Origin: Phyllobates terribilis
Taxonomy: Eukaryota
DNA length: 64,000 bases
Direction: 5' to 3'
NCBI RefSeq assembly: GCF_046119375.1
Contig: NW_027362765.1
Coordinates: forward strand, 118,792,001-118,856,000
A model generated the notes under the pieces. That model had not been told where the DNA came from. It made no database searches and saw only the letters and a program-made list of their open reading frames with translations. The position numbers and the translations under genes were made by a program. Shown piece by piece: positions 48,884 through 61,435 of this stretch. How positions within the stretch are numbered: the first letter of the stretch is position 1; every line of letters begins with the position of its first letter.

Positions 48884-49022
48884 GTCCGTCGCCTGTGAAA
48901 AATGTGAAATTAAAGATTACAAACCCAAGGACCCCTATATTAACGACCAAGCAGCGGCTTAGACCAGTCACCTGCAAGAGTTCTGCAGAAGTGGAAGCAG
49001 AGGAGTTGGCAAAACTGCAGCA
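48884..49022 (+). CDS. TPX2: TPX2 coding exon 9
   Basis: [20 protein letters not shown]...[12 protein letters not shown]; |gtgagt. Confidence 0.95.
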
Positions 49023-49881
49023 GTGAGTAATCTGGAGGATGTTCTGCCCCATGTTATATCCTGCCATCTCCAATATCAGTATATATTACTGAAAATAAGT
49101 TTGGGTGATGGTAAAGGGGGTTTTTGCTAGATTTGGAAATTACTCCCAATCCTATGCATGTGGGATAACTTACCAATAGCTGTGAACCCCTGGAGTGGAG
49201 GTCAAGTTTTCACTGAGCTTCGGACACAGCAATTTGGAATTTCTTTCTTATCTTTATTCTTGCATAACTTCCAAACTTAACACCATCCCTTTTAAGAAGA
49301 GGTCCATAAATGCAAAATATTACTTTTCCACAAGGACCACTAACCATTCCAAGAATGAGCCTCTGCAATGTTCTGTTTGCGCACATTTATGACCAATACT
49401 CTATTCAATTGCTCTATTGAAATGGGGCACTCCAACCCCCCCCCCCCCTCCCGATCAGCACGTTCAAATTATCACCCATCTTGTGGATAGGTCAGAACTT
49501 GCATTTATATTATGACCCATTTTAGTGTTGATGGTTCACTAAATGGATGGTAGAGGAGACTCGAAAAATTATTTGGGATCCTCCTGAACACCAGTAAATG
49601 AGATATTGCAAAATTGTCCCATTCGCTTCAATATGACAATGCTGCAATATGCTGCTCTGCTTCTAAGTAGACGGCACAATGTAACATTGCACCTTCAAAT
49701 AGCGGTTTGGCAGATGTGACAAGACTCTAGGGCCCCCTCCTTCCCCCAGTCTAATATTGATGTGTTGTCCTAGTGATAAGCCGCCTGTATTAAAAAAAAG
49801 CAGATTCCTCTAATATCAGTTTGTAGGATGCCACCAAATCTTTTATTTATTTTTTTTTCTTTTCTTTTCTTTCTTATTAAG

Positions 49882-50101
49882 ATATAAATTTAAAGCCCAA
49901 GAGCTCAATACAAAGATCTTGGAAGGTGGCCCTCTTCTTCTTCCAAAGAAGCCCCCTGTCAAAGAACCCACCAAACCTGTAGGCTTTAATCTAGAAATTG
50001 AGAAGCGAATTCTGCAGCGGGAGAAGAAAAATGGCGAGGAAGAAGAGCCGTTCACCTTCCATTCCAAACCTTGTCCCAGCAAGATCCTAGCAGACGTAGT
50101 G
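49882..50101 (+). CDS. TPX2: TPX2 coding exon 10
   Basis: [16 protein letters not shown]...[18 protein letters not shown]; AAG acceptor. Confidence 0.94.
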
Positions 50102-50185
50102 GTCAGTGGTCTTCAGCTGCCGTGCTTTGCTTGATTACCTTGTAGCTTTTAACTTCTGATACAATATTTTTGGGGGTTTTTTCAG

Positions 50186-50284
50186 GGGGTTCCTGATAAA
50201 AAGGCCCTGCCACCGACTGTGCCGCAGTCTCCCGCTTTTGCACTTAAGAACAGAGTGCGTGTACAAACCTGGGAGGAGATGAAG
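50186..50284 (+). CDS. TPX2: TPX2 coding exon 11 (GC donor)
   Basis: [33 protein letters not shown]; donor AAG|GCAAGT. Confidence 0.9.
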
Positions 50285-50548
50285 GCAAGTTCACTTATGT
50301 ATCCCATAAACATTTTACTGGTAGAAACCATGTGGACTCTTCTGTGTCATCAATTTGTATATTGTAATAACCACAGAAAATGAGGCAGCACAAGCATAGT
50401 AGTGGAGCAAGTGGTGTCAGCCCACATGTTACCAAACAACCACTATAAAAAAATTACAAAAAGAATACAGGACTTATTCAGTGCAAAAATGTATTGACCC
50501 ATGTAGAAATAGGCATTGTAATAACCAAACATATGTTGCCATTTGTAG

Positions 50549-50722
50549 GATGAACCTCCACCAATCATAAAAGCCAACCCAATGCCCCATTACGGGGTGC
50601 CCTTTAAGCCCAAGTTGGTAGAGCAGAAACAAGTAGAGGTTTGCCCTTTCTCATTCAATGAGCGTGACCGGCACAGGATGGAAGAAAAGGAGAAGAAACT
50701 AGACCAGCTCAGAAATCCAGAT
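50549..50722 (+). CDS. TPX2: TPX2 coding exon 12
   Basis: [22 protein letters not shown]...CPFSF; |gtaagt. Confidence 0.95.
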
Positions 50723-50801
50723 GTAAGTGTGGGCCCTGTGAGAGATCATTGCTCCCTGGTCTGAAACTATCCTAAGCCTTTTTGTCTTGTGATCTGCCAA
50801 G

Positions 50802-50948
50802 GTTCCGAAATTCAAGGCTCAGCCTCTGCCTCAATTTGACCACATCGCCCTTCCCGAGAAGAAGGTGAAGGAGGTGACGTCCCAAGAACCCTTTAATTTG
50901 CAGATAGATAAACGTGGGGAGCAGAAGTTGCAGCGGTGGAAGCAGCAG
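50802..50948 (+). CDS. TPX2: TPX2 coding exon 13
   Basis: [21 protein letters not shown]...[10 protein letters not shown]; |gtgagg. Confidence 0.95.
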
Positions 50949-51016
50949 GTGAGGATCTCCTCTGTATCCCGAAGAGTTTAATTTGGATTTAGCATAACGA
51001 TCTCTCCCATTTCCAG

Positions 51017-51128
51017 ATTAAAGAAGAGCAGAAGCAGCAAAAGGAAATGACCTCTTTTAAGGCTCGGCCCAACACTGTGACTAACCAGGAGCCATTTGTG
51101 CCCAAGAAAGACAGCCGGATGTTGTCAG
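51017..51128 (+). CDS. TPX2: TPX2 coding exon 14
   Basis: [31 protein letters not shown]. Confidence 0.95.
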
Positions 51129-51362
51129 GTATGGTCACTGGTAATGGCCACATGCACAACCCCTTGTCTATATGTATGTTATCGAATGGGTGGATCTAAC
51201 TATAAGCCTGCACGGGGAGCAACTCGGGGAGAATGTCATCCATTCATTTCAATGGGTGTTCCGTAATAATGCTTGCAGCCACTACTTTATTCGGCCATCA
51301 CAAAACGTCTATTCAGAGTGGGGTACGCATACTTTTTCTTGAAGACTTGTCACATCGAAGGG

Positions 51363-51410
<48 letters not shown>

Positions 51411-51597
51411 GAAGACAAAATGTCCTGAAAAGTATCTTCTCCACCGAGTTGCACCATAGCTCTTGGTCCTATCACTGGGCACCACTGGCAGGCCAAGCTT
51501 GGGACTGAATGCGTCCTGAAGCCCTTGACCCTCCAGCTATTTCTCCTTTCACCTTCCTCCTTTTTGCACCAATTCTCTCCTTTGTTTCCAAACTTAG

Positions 51598-51785
51598 AGA
51601 GCCTTTCTGGTTCCATAGTTCAAGAAAACTTTGAGCTGGCTACAGAAAGACGTGCCAGGGAAAGGCAGGAATTCGAAAAGCGCTTTGCAGATATGGAGGC
51701 TCAAAAATGCCTCGTGAAAGAGGAAGAACGTCTGCAGCAAGAAGAGCAGGAAAAGGAAGAGCTCAACAGACTAAGACATGAATTG
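51598..51785 (+). CDS. TPX2: TPX2 coding exon 15 (TPX2 C-terminal domain)
   Basis: ESLSGSIVQENFELATERRARERQEF...RLRHEL; |gtatgt. Confidence 0.96.
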
Positions 51786-51996
51786 GTATGTGGCCTCCAA
51801 AAAAGTAGCCGAGGCAGGCATATCCCTGACAATTGTTTACTTGCGGCATTGTTGATGTCACAGGGAACGTGTCTGCTGCGGGCACGTGCAAATATGATGG
51901 CTGAACACTAGGGGGAGCTTTGTGCATACAGAAACTCTGGGTTGAGTGTTCCTGATCAGGATGTAAGTTTTTTTTTTTTCTTCTTCCCCCATTTAG

Positions 51997-52107
51997 GTTC
52001 ACAAAGCTCAACCAGTCAAAAAATTCAAGCAGGTCGAAGTCAAGACGAGTGATGTTCCCCTGACTGTGCCCAAAACTCCTAAGTTCTCAGACCGGTTTAA
52101 TATTTAG
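51997..52107 (+). CDS. TPX2: TPX2 last coding exon (Eg5-binding tail)
   Basis: [36 protein letters not shown]; TAG at 52105-52107. Confidence 0.96.
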   Translation, partial: VHKAQPVKKFKQVEVKTSDVPLTVPKTPKFSDRFNI

Positions 52108-52283
52108 CCGCTGAAGTGATGTCCATGCCTGGTAGCTCACATTTTTACGTATTTTGCATTCATAAATGCCATTTTGTCCAATGGTAAAAAAAAAAAAATA
52201 TTGGGGCAGAAGGATAAAAGGAAAAAAACAAAACTATGTACTATATACGGGGAATGTGCTGGAGGGTGATGTAAATACTTTCT

Positions 52284-52322
<39 letters not shown>

Positions 52323-52378
52323 GCGCTTTTTTTGGGGGGGAAGTGAGGGGGGGGAATTAGTGTACAATGTAATTTTGT

Positions 52379-52384
52379 AATAAA
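52379..52384 (+). terminator. TPX2 polyadenylation signal AATAAA
   Basis: AATAAA 271 nt after the stop, followed by GT-rich sequence. Confidence 0.7.
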
Positions 52385-53055
52385 CGTCATCCTGTGACTG
52401 TTCATGCAGTTTTAACCACCGTTAACCGAAGCCTTGTCAACGCTGTCTTCTTTAGCTCCACTAGTCAGGGAAGGGGCTAAAATCGTGTCTGCTTCCTCTC
52501 TGGACCCCCACCACTCTTGTCTGGTATTGTAGAAATTTAATACCAGGCAGACTGACTTCTCCTATTGCAGATCTTCATTCAGGTCAGAGTGTCTGGAGTT
52601 GCACTGATTGCAATCGGGTAGCTCTCGTGTGACCTTTTTAGTGGGGAAGGAGGCATGTGGGGTCACCTGTCCCCTCTGAGGCTGCACTCTGCCACAGTCA
52701 CACGACTGCTCTGGTTTTATTTTTTTTCACCTAGTGCTATAAATAAATGGATTATTTATAAAGCAGAACTTGTCTTGGATTCAGTAATCGGGGCTGGAAA
52801 GAGCCCAGGTGAAGCAACAACTCCCAACAGAAGTGAAGCTGCAGTGCTTCATACATAACATATATTTAAAAGCTGCCGGAGACTGTGTTGCTGGGGTCTT
52901 AAGTCTAAGAGGCCAGTACCCTTTGGATTCTCCCCACCCCCTCTGTCCTTGAGTCACAGGTCTCCCTTTTGTTTGTAACTATAAGGAGCACCAGTCTTGC
53001 ATGCCAGACTGATTGACTCTGTTTGTAGTTTGGGCAGCATGAATTGGCTGTTTAA

Positions 53056-54458
53056 CCCCTTAACTACCGACATAATGCATTTTCACGGCGGCTGTTAAGA
53101 GTACTTATTCCTCAGCACTGCTTTCACGCTTCTGAGGAATAACAGTGTAGCACCCCCCAGCGTCGGAAAATCTTCAGCGTCTCCGCTACCAGGGGTAGCA
53201 GAGACCCCGGAGAACATGATCAGGGCCGGTTTTAACGGTCCCCTGTCATGTGATCGCCGTTATTAACCAAATAACGGCGATCACAAAAAAGTCAGATTTA
53301 AAATTCACTTCTTTCTCCTCTGATATGATCTAACATATCTGAGAAGAGAGAAATGGGGTCCCTGAGCCACCCCACGATACCTTTTAGGTACCGGATCCGT
53401 AAACCCCTTACCCGGCAACAATAGGGAAATTTTTCTATTCGTTTCTTTTGATCACTGTGATGGAATTGATTCTCAGTGATCAAAAGCAAAAGAAATAATG
53501 AATCAAATCCCCCCCCCCCCTTTTTTTTTTTCTCCATTCTTTGCCATTAGAGTAGAGATTTTTTTCAAAAGTAAAGAAGAAAAAAAGACTACAATATGGC
53601 GACTAATGTTAAGGGCAAATGCTCGCTACTTGAGTTTTCATCGGGTGCTCCGGTATGCATCGAGAATCGTGGGTTCTCGAGTGAGAAGTTTGAGTCCCCG
53701 ACCCATGTTTCATGGCTGTTATACAGCCAAAAAAATACATGAGGATTACCTGCCATACATGGGCAATCCCCACATGATTTTTTTTTTTTCTTTTGGGTGT
53801 CTAACAGCTGCAAAAAACATGTGCAACGGGGACTCAAGCGTGTACCTGAGCACCCGATGCAAACTCAAGTAGCGAGCACTTGTGCTCAAGATTAATGACA
53901 TTATCAAATTTTGTCATACCTCTAGGTTCAAAATGCTCACTATACCCCTTGATTATACCCCCCGAAGGATTTTGTTTCCAAAAATGGGGTCAGTTGTGGG
54001 AGTTTCTGATGTTTAGGCATCTTGGGGGGGGCTCTGCAAATGTGACATGGCGTTCGCTGTCTTTCAGCCAAATTGGTGTTCCAAAATTCAAATGTTGCTC
54101 CTTCCGCTCCGAGCTCTGCCGTTTGTCCAAAGAGAACTTTTTAACTACATGTGGGGTATGGCCGTGCCTGTAAGAATGTGGGTAACAAATTGTGGGGTCC
54201 ATTCTTTTGTGTTACCTTTTGGAAAAAGTGAGACATTAGGGGCTAATGCAAGATTTTTGTGGGGGGGGGGGGGGGGGGGAAGTGAAATGTTAGGGGTTTT
54301 TTTGTTTTCTTCCCTTCCACATTGTTTTAATTCCCGTTATGCATGTAAAGGGTTAATAAACTTCTTGAATGCGGTTTTGAGCATCTTGAGGCGTGCAGTT
54401 AGAGTTGTCACTGAGTATTTTCTGTCATATAGACCCCTCAAAGTGACTTCAAATTTCT
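53056..54458. mobile_element. Truncated Kolobok-like element with an internal hAT-MITE fragment (~53620-53885)
   Basis: TTAA|CCCCTTAAC start; GGGTTAATAAACTTCTTGAATG block shared with 35082; inverted GCTCGCTACTTGAG / CTCAAGTAGCGAGC inside. Confidence 0.7.
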
Positions 54459-54794
54459 CCTAACACCTATGGGACTTCTCATCTTCCCTTCCGCGCCCCT
54501 CTCCATGTCTCGATTTTCTCTCATTCAAGCTAAAGATGTGGGTGAAAAGAAAAACTCTTCTCTGCTCATAGCAGTCACAAACGGGTTATATGAAATGAAT
54601 CTTTACCTTTTTTATTACCGCAAAAAAAGTTGCTTTGATGTGAAGAAATCCAATTTACAAATGATGAAAATAAGGCTAGAGCACAGCCACTGCTCCATTC
54701 TCAGCCTACCTCCAGTGAGTGACCAACGTGCTGCTGTAGTTCTAAGCAGACAGTTAGTACTGTTGCTGAGACTCAGCCGTATATATCATATATA

Positions 54795-56624
54795 CAGTGT
54801 GGGAAAGTAAGTACTTGACACTTTGCCAATTTTGCAAGGTTTTCCCACCTACAAAGAATGGCGAGTTCTGTAATTATCGTAGGTACACTTCAACTGTGAG
54901 AGACAGAATCTAAAAATAAAAAGCAGAACATCACCTTGTATGATTTTTAAATAATTACAATACTTATTTCATGTAACTTATCACCTACCAACCAGCAAGA
55001 ATTCTGTCTCCCACAGACTTCTTAGTTTATATTTAAGAAGCCCTCCTACTCTGCACTTATTACCTGTATTAATAGCACCTGTTTGACCTTGTTACCTGTA
55101 TAAAAGCCACCTGTCCACGCACAATCAATCATGCTCCAACCTCTCCACCATAGCCAAGACCAAAGAGCTGTCTAAGGACACCAGAGACAAAATTGTAGAC
55201 CTGGCAAGGCTGGGATGGCCCACACAACAGCTTGGTGGTGAGAAGGCAACTACTGTTGGCACAATTATTAGAAAATTTAAATACCAGATGACTGTCAATC
55301 GTCCTTGGTCTGGGGCTCCTTGCAGGATCCAAGGATGATTCTGAGAGAGGTCAGGAATCAGCCCAGAACTACACCGAAGGACCTGGTCAATGACCTAAAG
55401 AGAGTTGGGACTACAGACGCAAACATTACTGTTAGTAACACACTATACCGTCATTGACATCCTGCAGGGCACCCAAGGTCTTCCTGCTCACGCCCGCACA
55501 TTTCCAGGCCTGTTTGAAGTTGCCAATGGCCATCTGGATGATCCAGAGTAGGCATGGGAGAAGGTCAGATGAGACCAAAATAGAACTCTTTTGGTATCAA
55601 CTCCACTCGCTGTATTTGGAGGAGGAAGATGGTTGAGTACAACCCCAAGAACACCATCTCAACCATGAAGCATGGTGGGGAAAACATCATATTTTAGGAG
55701 TGCTTTTCTGCAAAGGCGACAGGATGACTGCACCATATTGAAGGGAGAATGGATGGGACCATGTATCGTGAGTAGTGTTGAGCGAATATGTTCTGTTAAC
55801 CCTTTCGCCGAATATGCTCGGGCCGAGCTCCGAGTATTTACATCTGCTCGGTGATTTGTTTGAATCACTCCTGTGTGCATGATTTGTGACTGTTTGACAG
55901 TTTTATTACATGTGAGGAATGTCTATTTCTTACACATTCCTCACATGTAATAAAGCTGTCAAACGGTTGCAAATCATGCACACAGGAGTGATTCAAACAT
56001 ATCACCGAGCAGCTGTAAATACTCGGACAGAACATACTTGCTCAACACTAATCGTGAAATTTTGACCAACAACCTCCTTCCCTCAGTAAGAACATTGAAG
56101 ATTTGACGTGGCTTGGTCTTCCACCATGACAATGACCTGAAACACACCTCCCTGGCAACTAGGGAGTGGCTTCGTAAGAAGCATTTCAAGGTCCTGGAGT
56201 GGCCTCGCCAGTCTCCAGACCTGAACCCAATAGAAAATCTTTGGCGGGAGCTGAAACTCAATGTTGCCCAACAACAGCCCCGAAACCTGAAAGATCTGGA
56301 GAAGATCTGTATGGAGGAGTGGGCCAAAATCCCTGCTGCAGTGTGTGCAGACTTGGTCAAGAACTACAGGAAACGTCTGACCTCTGTAATGATTAACAAA
56401 GATTTCTGAACCAAATATTAAGTTTTGTTTCTATTGTATCAAATAATTAATTTGCATTTTATTGTATGAAATATGTAAAAATCATACAATGTGATTTTTC
56501 TGGAATTTTTTTTGTGATTCTGTCACAGGTGAAGTGTACTTACGATAAAAATTGGAAACCCATTCTTTGTTGATGGGAAAACTTGAAAAATCGGCATTGT
56601 ATCAAATACTTATTTTCCCCACTG
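54795..56624 (+). mobile_element. DD34E Tc1 element, degraded, with nested hAT MITE
   Basis: TA|CAGTGTGGGAAAGTAAGTA ... TACTTATTTTCCCCACTG|TA; HHDND...PDLNPIE (D-34-E). Confidence 0.88.
55773..56050. mobile_element. Palindromic hAT MITE (278 bp)
   Basis: TIR TAGTGTTGAGC / GCTCAACACTA; 8-bp TSD ATCGTGAG / ATCGTGAA (7 of 8 match). Confidence 0.85.
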
Positions 56625-56639
56625 TACATAGAGTATGCA

Positions 56640-56900
56640 GAGACTGCTGCATATGCATCACATGGGAGACGCTGAGACTGCTATATATACATCACATGGG
56701 AGACGCTGAGGCTCTGCTGTATATACATCACATGGGAGACGCTGAGGCTCCGCTGTATATACATCACATGGGAGACGCTGAGGCTCCGCTGTATATACAT
56801 CACATGGGAGACGCTGAGGCTCCGCTGTATATACATCACATGGGAGACGCTGAGGCTCCGCTGTATATACATTGCAGGAAACCGAGACTTTGCTGGATAT
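56640..56900. repeat. 36-bp minisatellite (CTGTATATACATCACATGGGAGACGCTGAGGCTCCG)n
   Basis: About 7 tandem units. Confidence 0.92.
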
Positions 56901-57011
56901 ACATCACTTAGGATGGATACACCGAGATTCTGCTGGGTATATATCAGGGGCCAAAAGATCTATGTCATTGGCTGCCATTAGACAAGAGCATGGTGGTGAG
57001 ACTCTGGCACC

Positions 57012-57097
57012 ATGGGAAATGTAGTCTGCATTTTGAGAACCATATCTAAGGAAAAGAAGGAATCAAGATGGCAGACAATCTGGACATGGTACAACAG
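57012..57097 (+). CDS. Candidate first coding exon of the downstream gene (probable MYLK2)
   Basis: Perfect Kozak GCACCATGG; MGNVVCILRTISKEKKESRWQTIWTWYN; donor CAG|GTACTC phase 2. No homology recognised; gene identity from synteny only. Confidence 0.35.
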
Positions 57098-59031
57098 GTA
57101 CTCTATAGTCTGTTTTTTTAACTCCTGTTCATTTGTGTTCTTGGCTCTATGGCTAAGATCATAGCGGTGCTAAGAGCTGTGCTTGCTCTGGTGGCTCCTG
57201 CACACTCATGGTCTAATTAGAATACACACTGAAATGAGGTGAGGACAAGCAGTTACGTTATTTATGCACCGAGCCCCTCCACGCACCACAGTTATTGGAA
57301 CCTTCATTTCTGTCTCGGCTTATTCAGCTCATATACTGCACTGGAGTAATAATCACATCACCGTTGCGATCTCCGAATCCTTGGTAAATTCTGGAGCTCT
57401 GTTCCCACCTTCATTATTCTGCGCCCTTCTCCATGTTTAGTATCCATTGCTAATGAGAAACTGAAGTAATATCCATGATTGAACTTGCATAGCTGCCATG
57501 CTTGAAATCTTAAATTTGTGTGCCCATGAAAGAGGAGGCATCAAAAATGCTAATTTATATGTAATAAAAAAAAATATCTATAGGCGGAAAATGAAAATGT
57601 GTAGAGTTGTGCAACCCTTTTTCTGTTTATCGCTGCCTTATTCCCATCTTTACATTAATGGAGTATCTACAGGATAATATAGTAATGACTGGTGCACTGA
57701 GACAGCAGGCGGTATCACTAATGATTGGTTTAGATACACAGCACTGCAGAAAATATGTAGTACATGCATCTTAGATACACACCTCTGTGGATAGTATCAC
57801 ACATGATGGGCTGAGATACACCATCTCAATTCATCTTATGAAATTTCAGTAATAATATCCAGGCTTTATATAGTGCCAACATGTCCCATCACAGCGAGCG
57901 TTGTCAGACCCCCTTTACTGCTCATCAGCCAGGGGCAGATCAGGATGCCAGCTTCTGCCAATCTAACCCACACCTAGCCTGGAAGCTCCGGAGGTGACTG
58001 ATGGACGCTAATGACCTCACACAGCTGCTGAAGTTTGTCCCAGTAATCCAGGGGCAGGGTCGCTGGCCTGAGGAGTGGGGTTGTGGACAGGACTCGGTGT
58101 ACTGGGCCAGCGCATTAACACTTAGGATGCCACTCTATTATACAATCTGCCAGGAGGAGAATGGATGATTGCAGCAGGATGTGGGTGGACAGTAGAACAG
58201 CGTGGCATGGGAAGACGACAGGGTGGATGAGGACAGGGTTTTAGGACAACACCGTGTCTGTGTATCGTTACATTCTGGAGCTGGAAGAATGGGACGTATC
58301 CGTTGAATTGCATCCAAGTGTGACAGGTGCAATCTGTGGTAATAACGCAACACGAAGTGTAAAGGATACTCTGCCCACCCACACAGCATTGTATTCCAAG
58401 CCCAGAAATGTCCTCTCAAAATCAGATCAACAACATAGAGGACCAGGGAGATGCATCCTGCACCTCTTCCATGGAAAACCTACATGGACTGCTCTAAAGA
58501 AAGGTAACTGCATGGGAGGAGCGGATCAATAATGGAGAAGGACCTGTTTTTTAGCATCGGCAAATATGCAGTAGAGATATCTGCCTTGTATTTGTGATAC
58601 ATATATTTGTTTATACAGACACAACACACATTGTAATGCTCTATATGTATGAACAGGCACATAACTAGATCTAGGATAGATGGATAAATATGGAATAGAT
58701 AGGTGTCAACAGCATCATTCATTTAATTATAGCAGTTGTAGTATCCTGTCTATACAAGTAAGATAGGTACATATGAAATCGTAAGCTATGGAATAAACAG
58801 TGGATTGCATCCATAATGATAGGGGTTGTAATATTCCTGGCTATGAGGAGAAGGGCAGTTGTGAGATAAATAAATATAAGATTGATATTAACTATGTGGT
58901 TTTCATACAGTTCTGAAATAGAAAGATCACCTGTTAGTATGTATATGCAATGATAGGTTATGCAAAAATGAAATGCTAGAGATCAGTAGAATATTGCTAA
59001 ATGATGACAACTATACTGTTAACCTGACTAG

Positions 59032-59088
59032 TGGAGTGTCAAAGGAAACTAAAGCGCCTGAGAAATCCCAAGAAGACGAGGAGAACAT
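59032..59088 (+). CDS. Candidate 57-nt symmetric exon (probable MYLK2)
   Basis: ctag|; GVSKETKAPEKSQEDEEN; |gtataa; phase 2-2, K/E-rich composition. Confidence 0.3.
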
Positions 59089-60073
59089 GTATAAATCATG
59101 CCGAGGTTGCCTTGGTTGGACTTTAAGGACTACATTAACAAGAAAAGTGCAAATGCAGCTCTCACCATGTACAAAATGAATAGTAAAAACATGTAATTTT
59201 TTGAAACATTGTCCTTCTCTGAGTCACTTCTGCTACTAATGACAGATCTGGGGTGAAGCAAAACCCCATAGCAGACCCCTTTCTTTCGGTTACTTGTACT
59301 AAACATATGGTTCTAAATGCAGAGTAACTTCAAACCATGATTGAAATAAGGACGCTGATTAAAAGAAAATGTCATTGTTTTTGCCCTTCTCAAGTAGGAA
59401 ACCCCTCTGACATTCCTCTCATTGCCTTGGTGTCATATTTGAAGGTTCAGGGAGTCCCATCTCTCAGCTTATTGTGGAACCAATACAATTTATGCCAAGT
59501 CCAAGGAGGAATGTTTGGACTAATGCCAACATAAAGAAGGCGAAAATCCTGATGTTCTAAACTTAGACTCAGAATATGGTTATGTCTGTGTTTTTGGAAT
59601 TCCATCATGAAGATTTCAGCTTAAGTATACATTGAGTAGACAATCTGGCTGCAGAGGTATGAGATAGTTGGAGAATAGATGCAAGCTGCATAATATTGTA
59701 AGCCTGAATCTTAACGTGGTGTAACTGGAAAGTTGTATAAGACAATCAATGAGTAAACAGTGTTTGGATGATAATGGAAAAAATAACGGCGGAAATTACA
59801 TATCTTTACAACATTATTGAGTTAGGGCTCTTATTGAGACTCAGTGGATTGATATTCAATTAATTAAATTGACATTTTTTAGGCTAGGAAAGCTCTTTGC
59901 ACATCACTTTTCTTTCTTTTATTTTCTTTTTACCTCTATGATATGATGTACTGTATGTGAAGTAACTCATACCAGCCAAACTAGAGATCAACAGTAGATA
60001 GCACTGTCTCAGGATTCTCGCCCCTCATCAGTGCAGAGCAGGGTACTTGTTGGCTTAATGAGATGCCTTAGAT

Positions 60074-60235
60074 CAGTGGTTCTCAACCCCAGTTCCCAAG
60101 ACCCACCAACAGTTCATGTTTTCAGGATTTCCCTAGTATTGCAAAGGTGATGGAATTATTACCTGTGCAATACTAATGAAATGCTGAAAACATGATCTAT
60201 TGATGGGTCTTGAGGACTGAAGTTGAGAACCATTG
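60074..60235. mobile_element. hAT MITE (162 bp)
   Basis: Perfect 8-bp TSD CCTTAGAT at 60066-60073 and 60236-60243; TIR CAGTGGTTCTCAAC. Confidence 0.92.
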
Positions 60236-61435
60236 CCTTAGATAAAAAGATTTTCAAAGAGGTGTTCCATGGAAAAACAAAATATGTAATGTAGCTCATA
60301 CCAGACAAAAAAACAGAGACTCCAAGGCAGAGCTATTTACAGATGGGTTTCTAGTTTGGATGGTATGAGCTACTTTGCAGACTTTTTTCCCTATGGAGCA
60401 TTGTCTTGAAAGTAAGCCAACATACTGAGTTTGGGTCTTTAATGAGAGACAGCATCCCCCATGAACTATAATATGAAGAAATGTCATCTTACAGCCACAT
60501 CTCATTAGTTTATTAATCTAGACCAGTGCTTCTCAAACTCAGCCTAGCGTTGCCTAGTTGTTAGGCTCCATTTAGCAGGCAGTGAATGTGTTTTCCATCT
60601 TCTGGGATAATATTTTTTTCCTACATAAATGCATATATTTTTTACTGAAAATTTAGAGTGGTTCATTAAACATTTTGCACCATTTGCCTTCTATAACTTT
60701 TGCGTTGCACAGTCTATGGCCAGCTGCACAATGGATTAACTGAAAATCCTTCAGTGAGCTCATTCTGAGTTATTCAAAGGCTAGGGTCACACAACCGTTT
60801 TTCTTATGTCCAAGAAAATCGGTCCACTTTTGCTCATCACTCTCTGATCAGAGTGAGATCTGATTTTCTCAGATGTGGAGAATAAAAAAAAAAATAATTA
60901 TCCATCTTCTCCCTTCATTGTGTCCATGAAAATCGGTCCGCACATGTATGTCATCCGAGCGCGGTCCAATTTTTTTTTGCAGACCCATAGACATCAATTA
61001 TCAAGTGTCATCCAATTATCAGAGGCAAAAAAATAAAAATGTGACGTGCACAAGTCCATAGAATAATACAGGGACAAGTGCTATCCTTCAAAACAACAGA
61101 CAGCACTTGTCCAACTTTTATGGACCAGACCTAAATCTTACCTGTCTTTCTATGAGCTCTTCTCAGCTGATTTGTGACCACAGAACACAAAATTGAATGT
61201 GCCGGGAAACAAAAGGCCTGTAAAAGTCAAACGGTGCAACGCTTTTAATTAAAAAAAAAATATTTTTAGCCCTACATACATGCACCTAAATAAAAAGTAG
61301 TGTCCCCAGAGATGGAAAACCCCTTCAAACGTAAACTGTCGGCAGGTTTTTGCTATTTAAAGAGAACCTGTTATGAGAATTATACCTATTAAGCTAAAGG
61401 CATTGCCATAATGGCTCTGTTATACTGATTTAATA

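Noticed and set aside
51366-51405. 40-nt poly-T tract (another at ~52286-52317)
   Set aside because: Simple homopolymers with no attached SINE/LINE body or TSD recognised; lengths may also be sequencing-sensitive.
58126-58503. Possible extra MYLK2 exon (AG at 58125, GT at 58504)
   Set aside because: All three frames from the acceptor hit stops, and the open 3' part ends in a phase that does not fit the neighbouring candidates.
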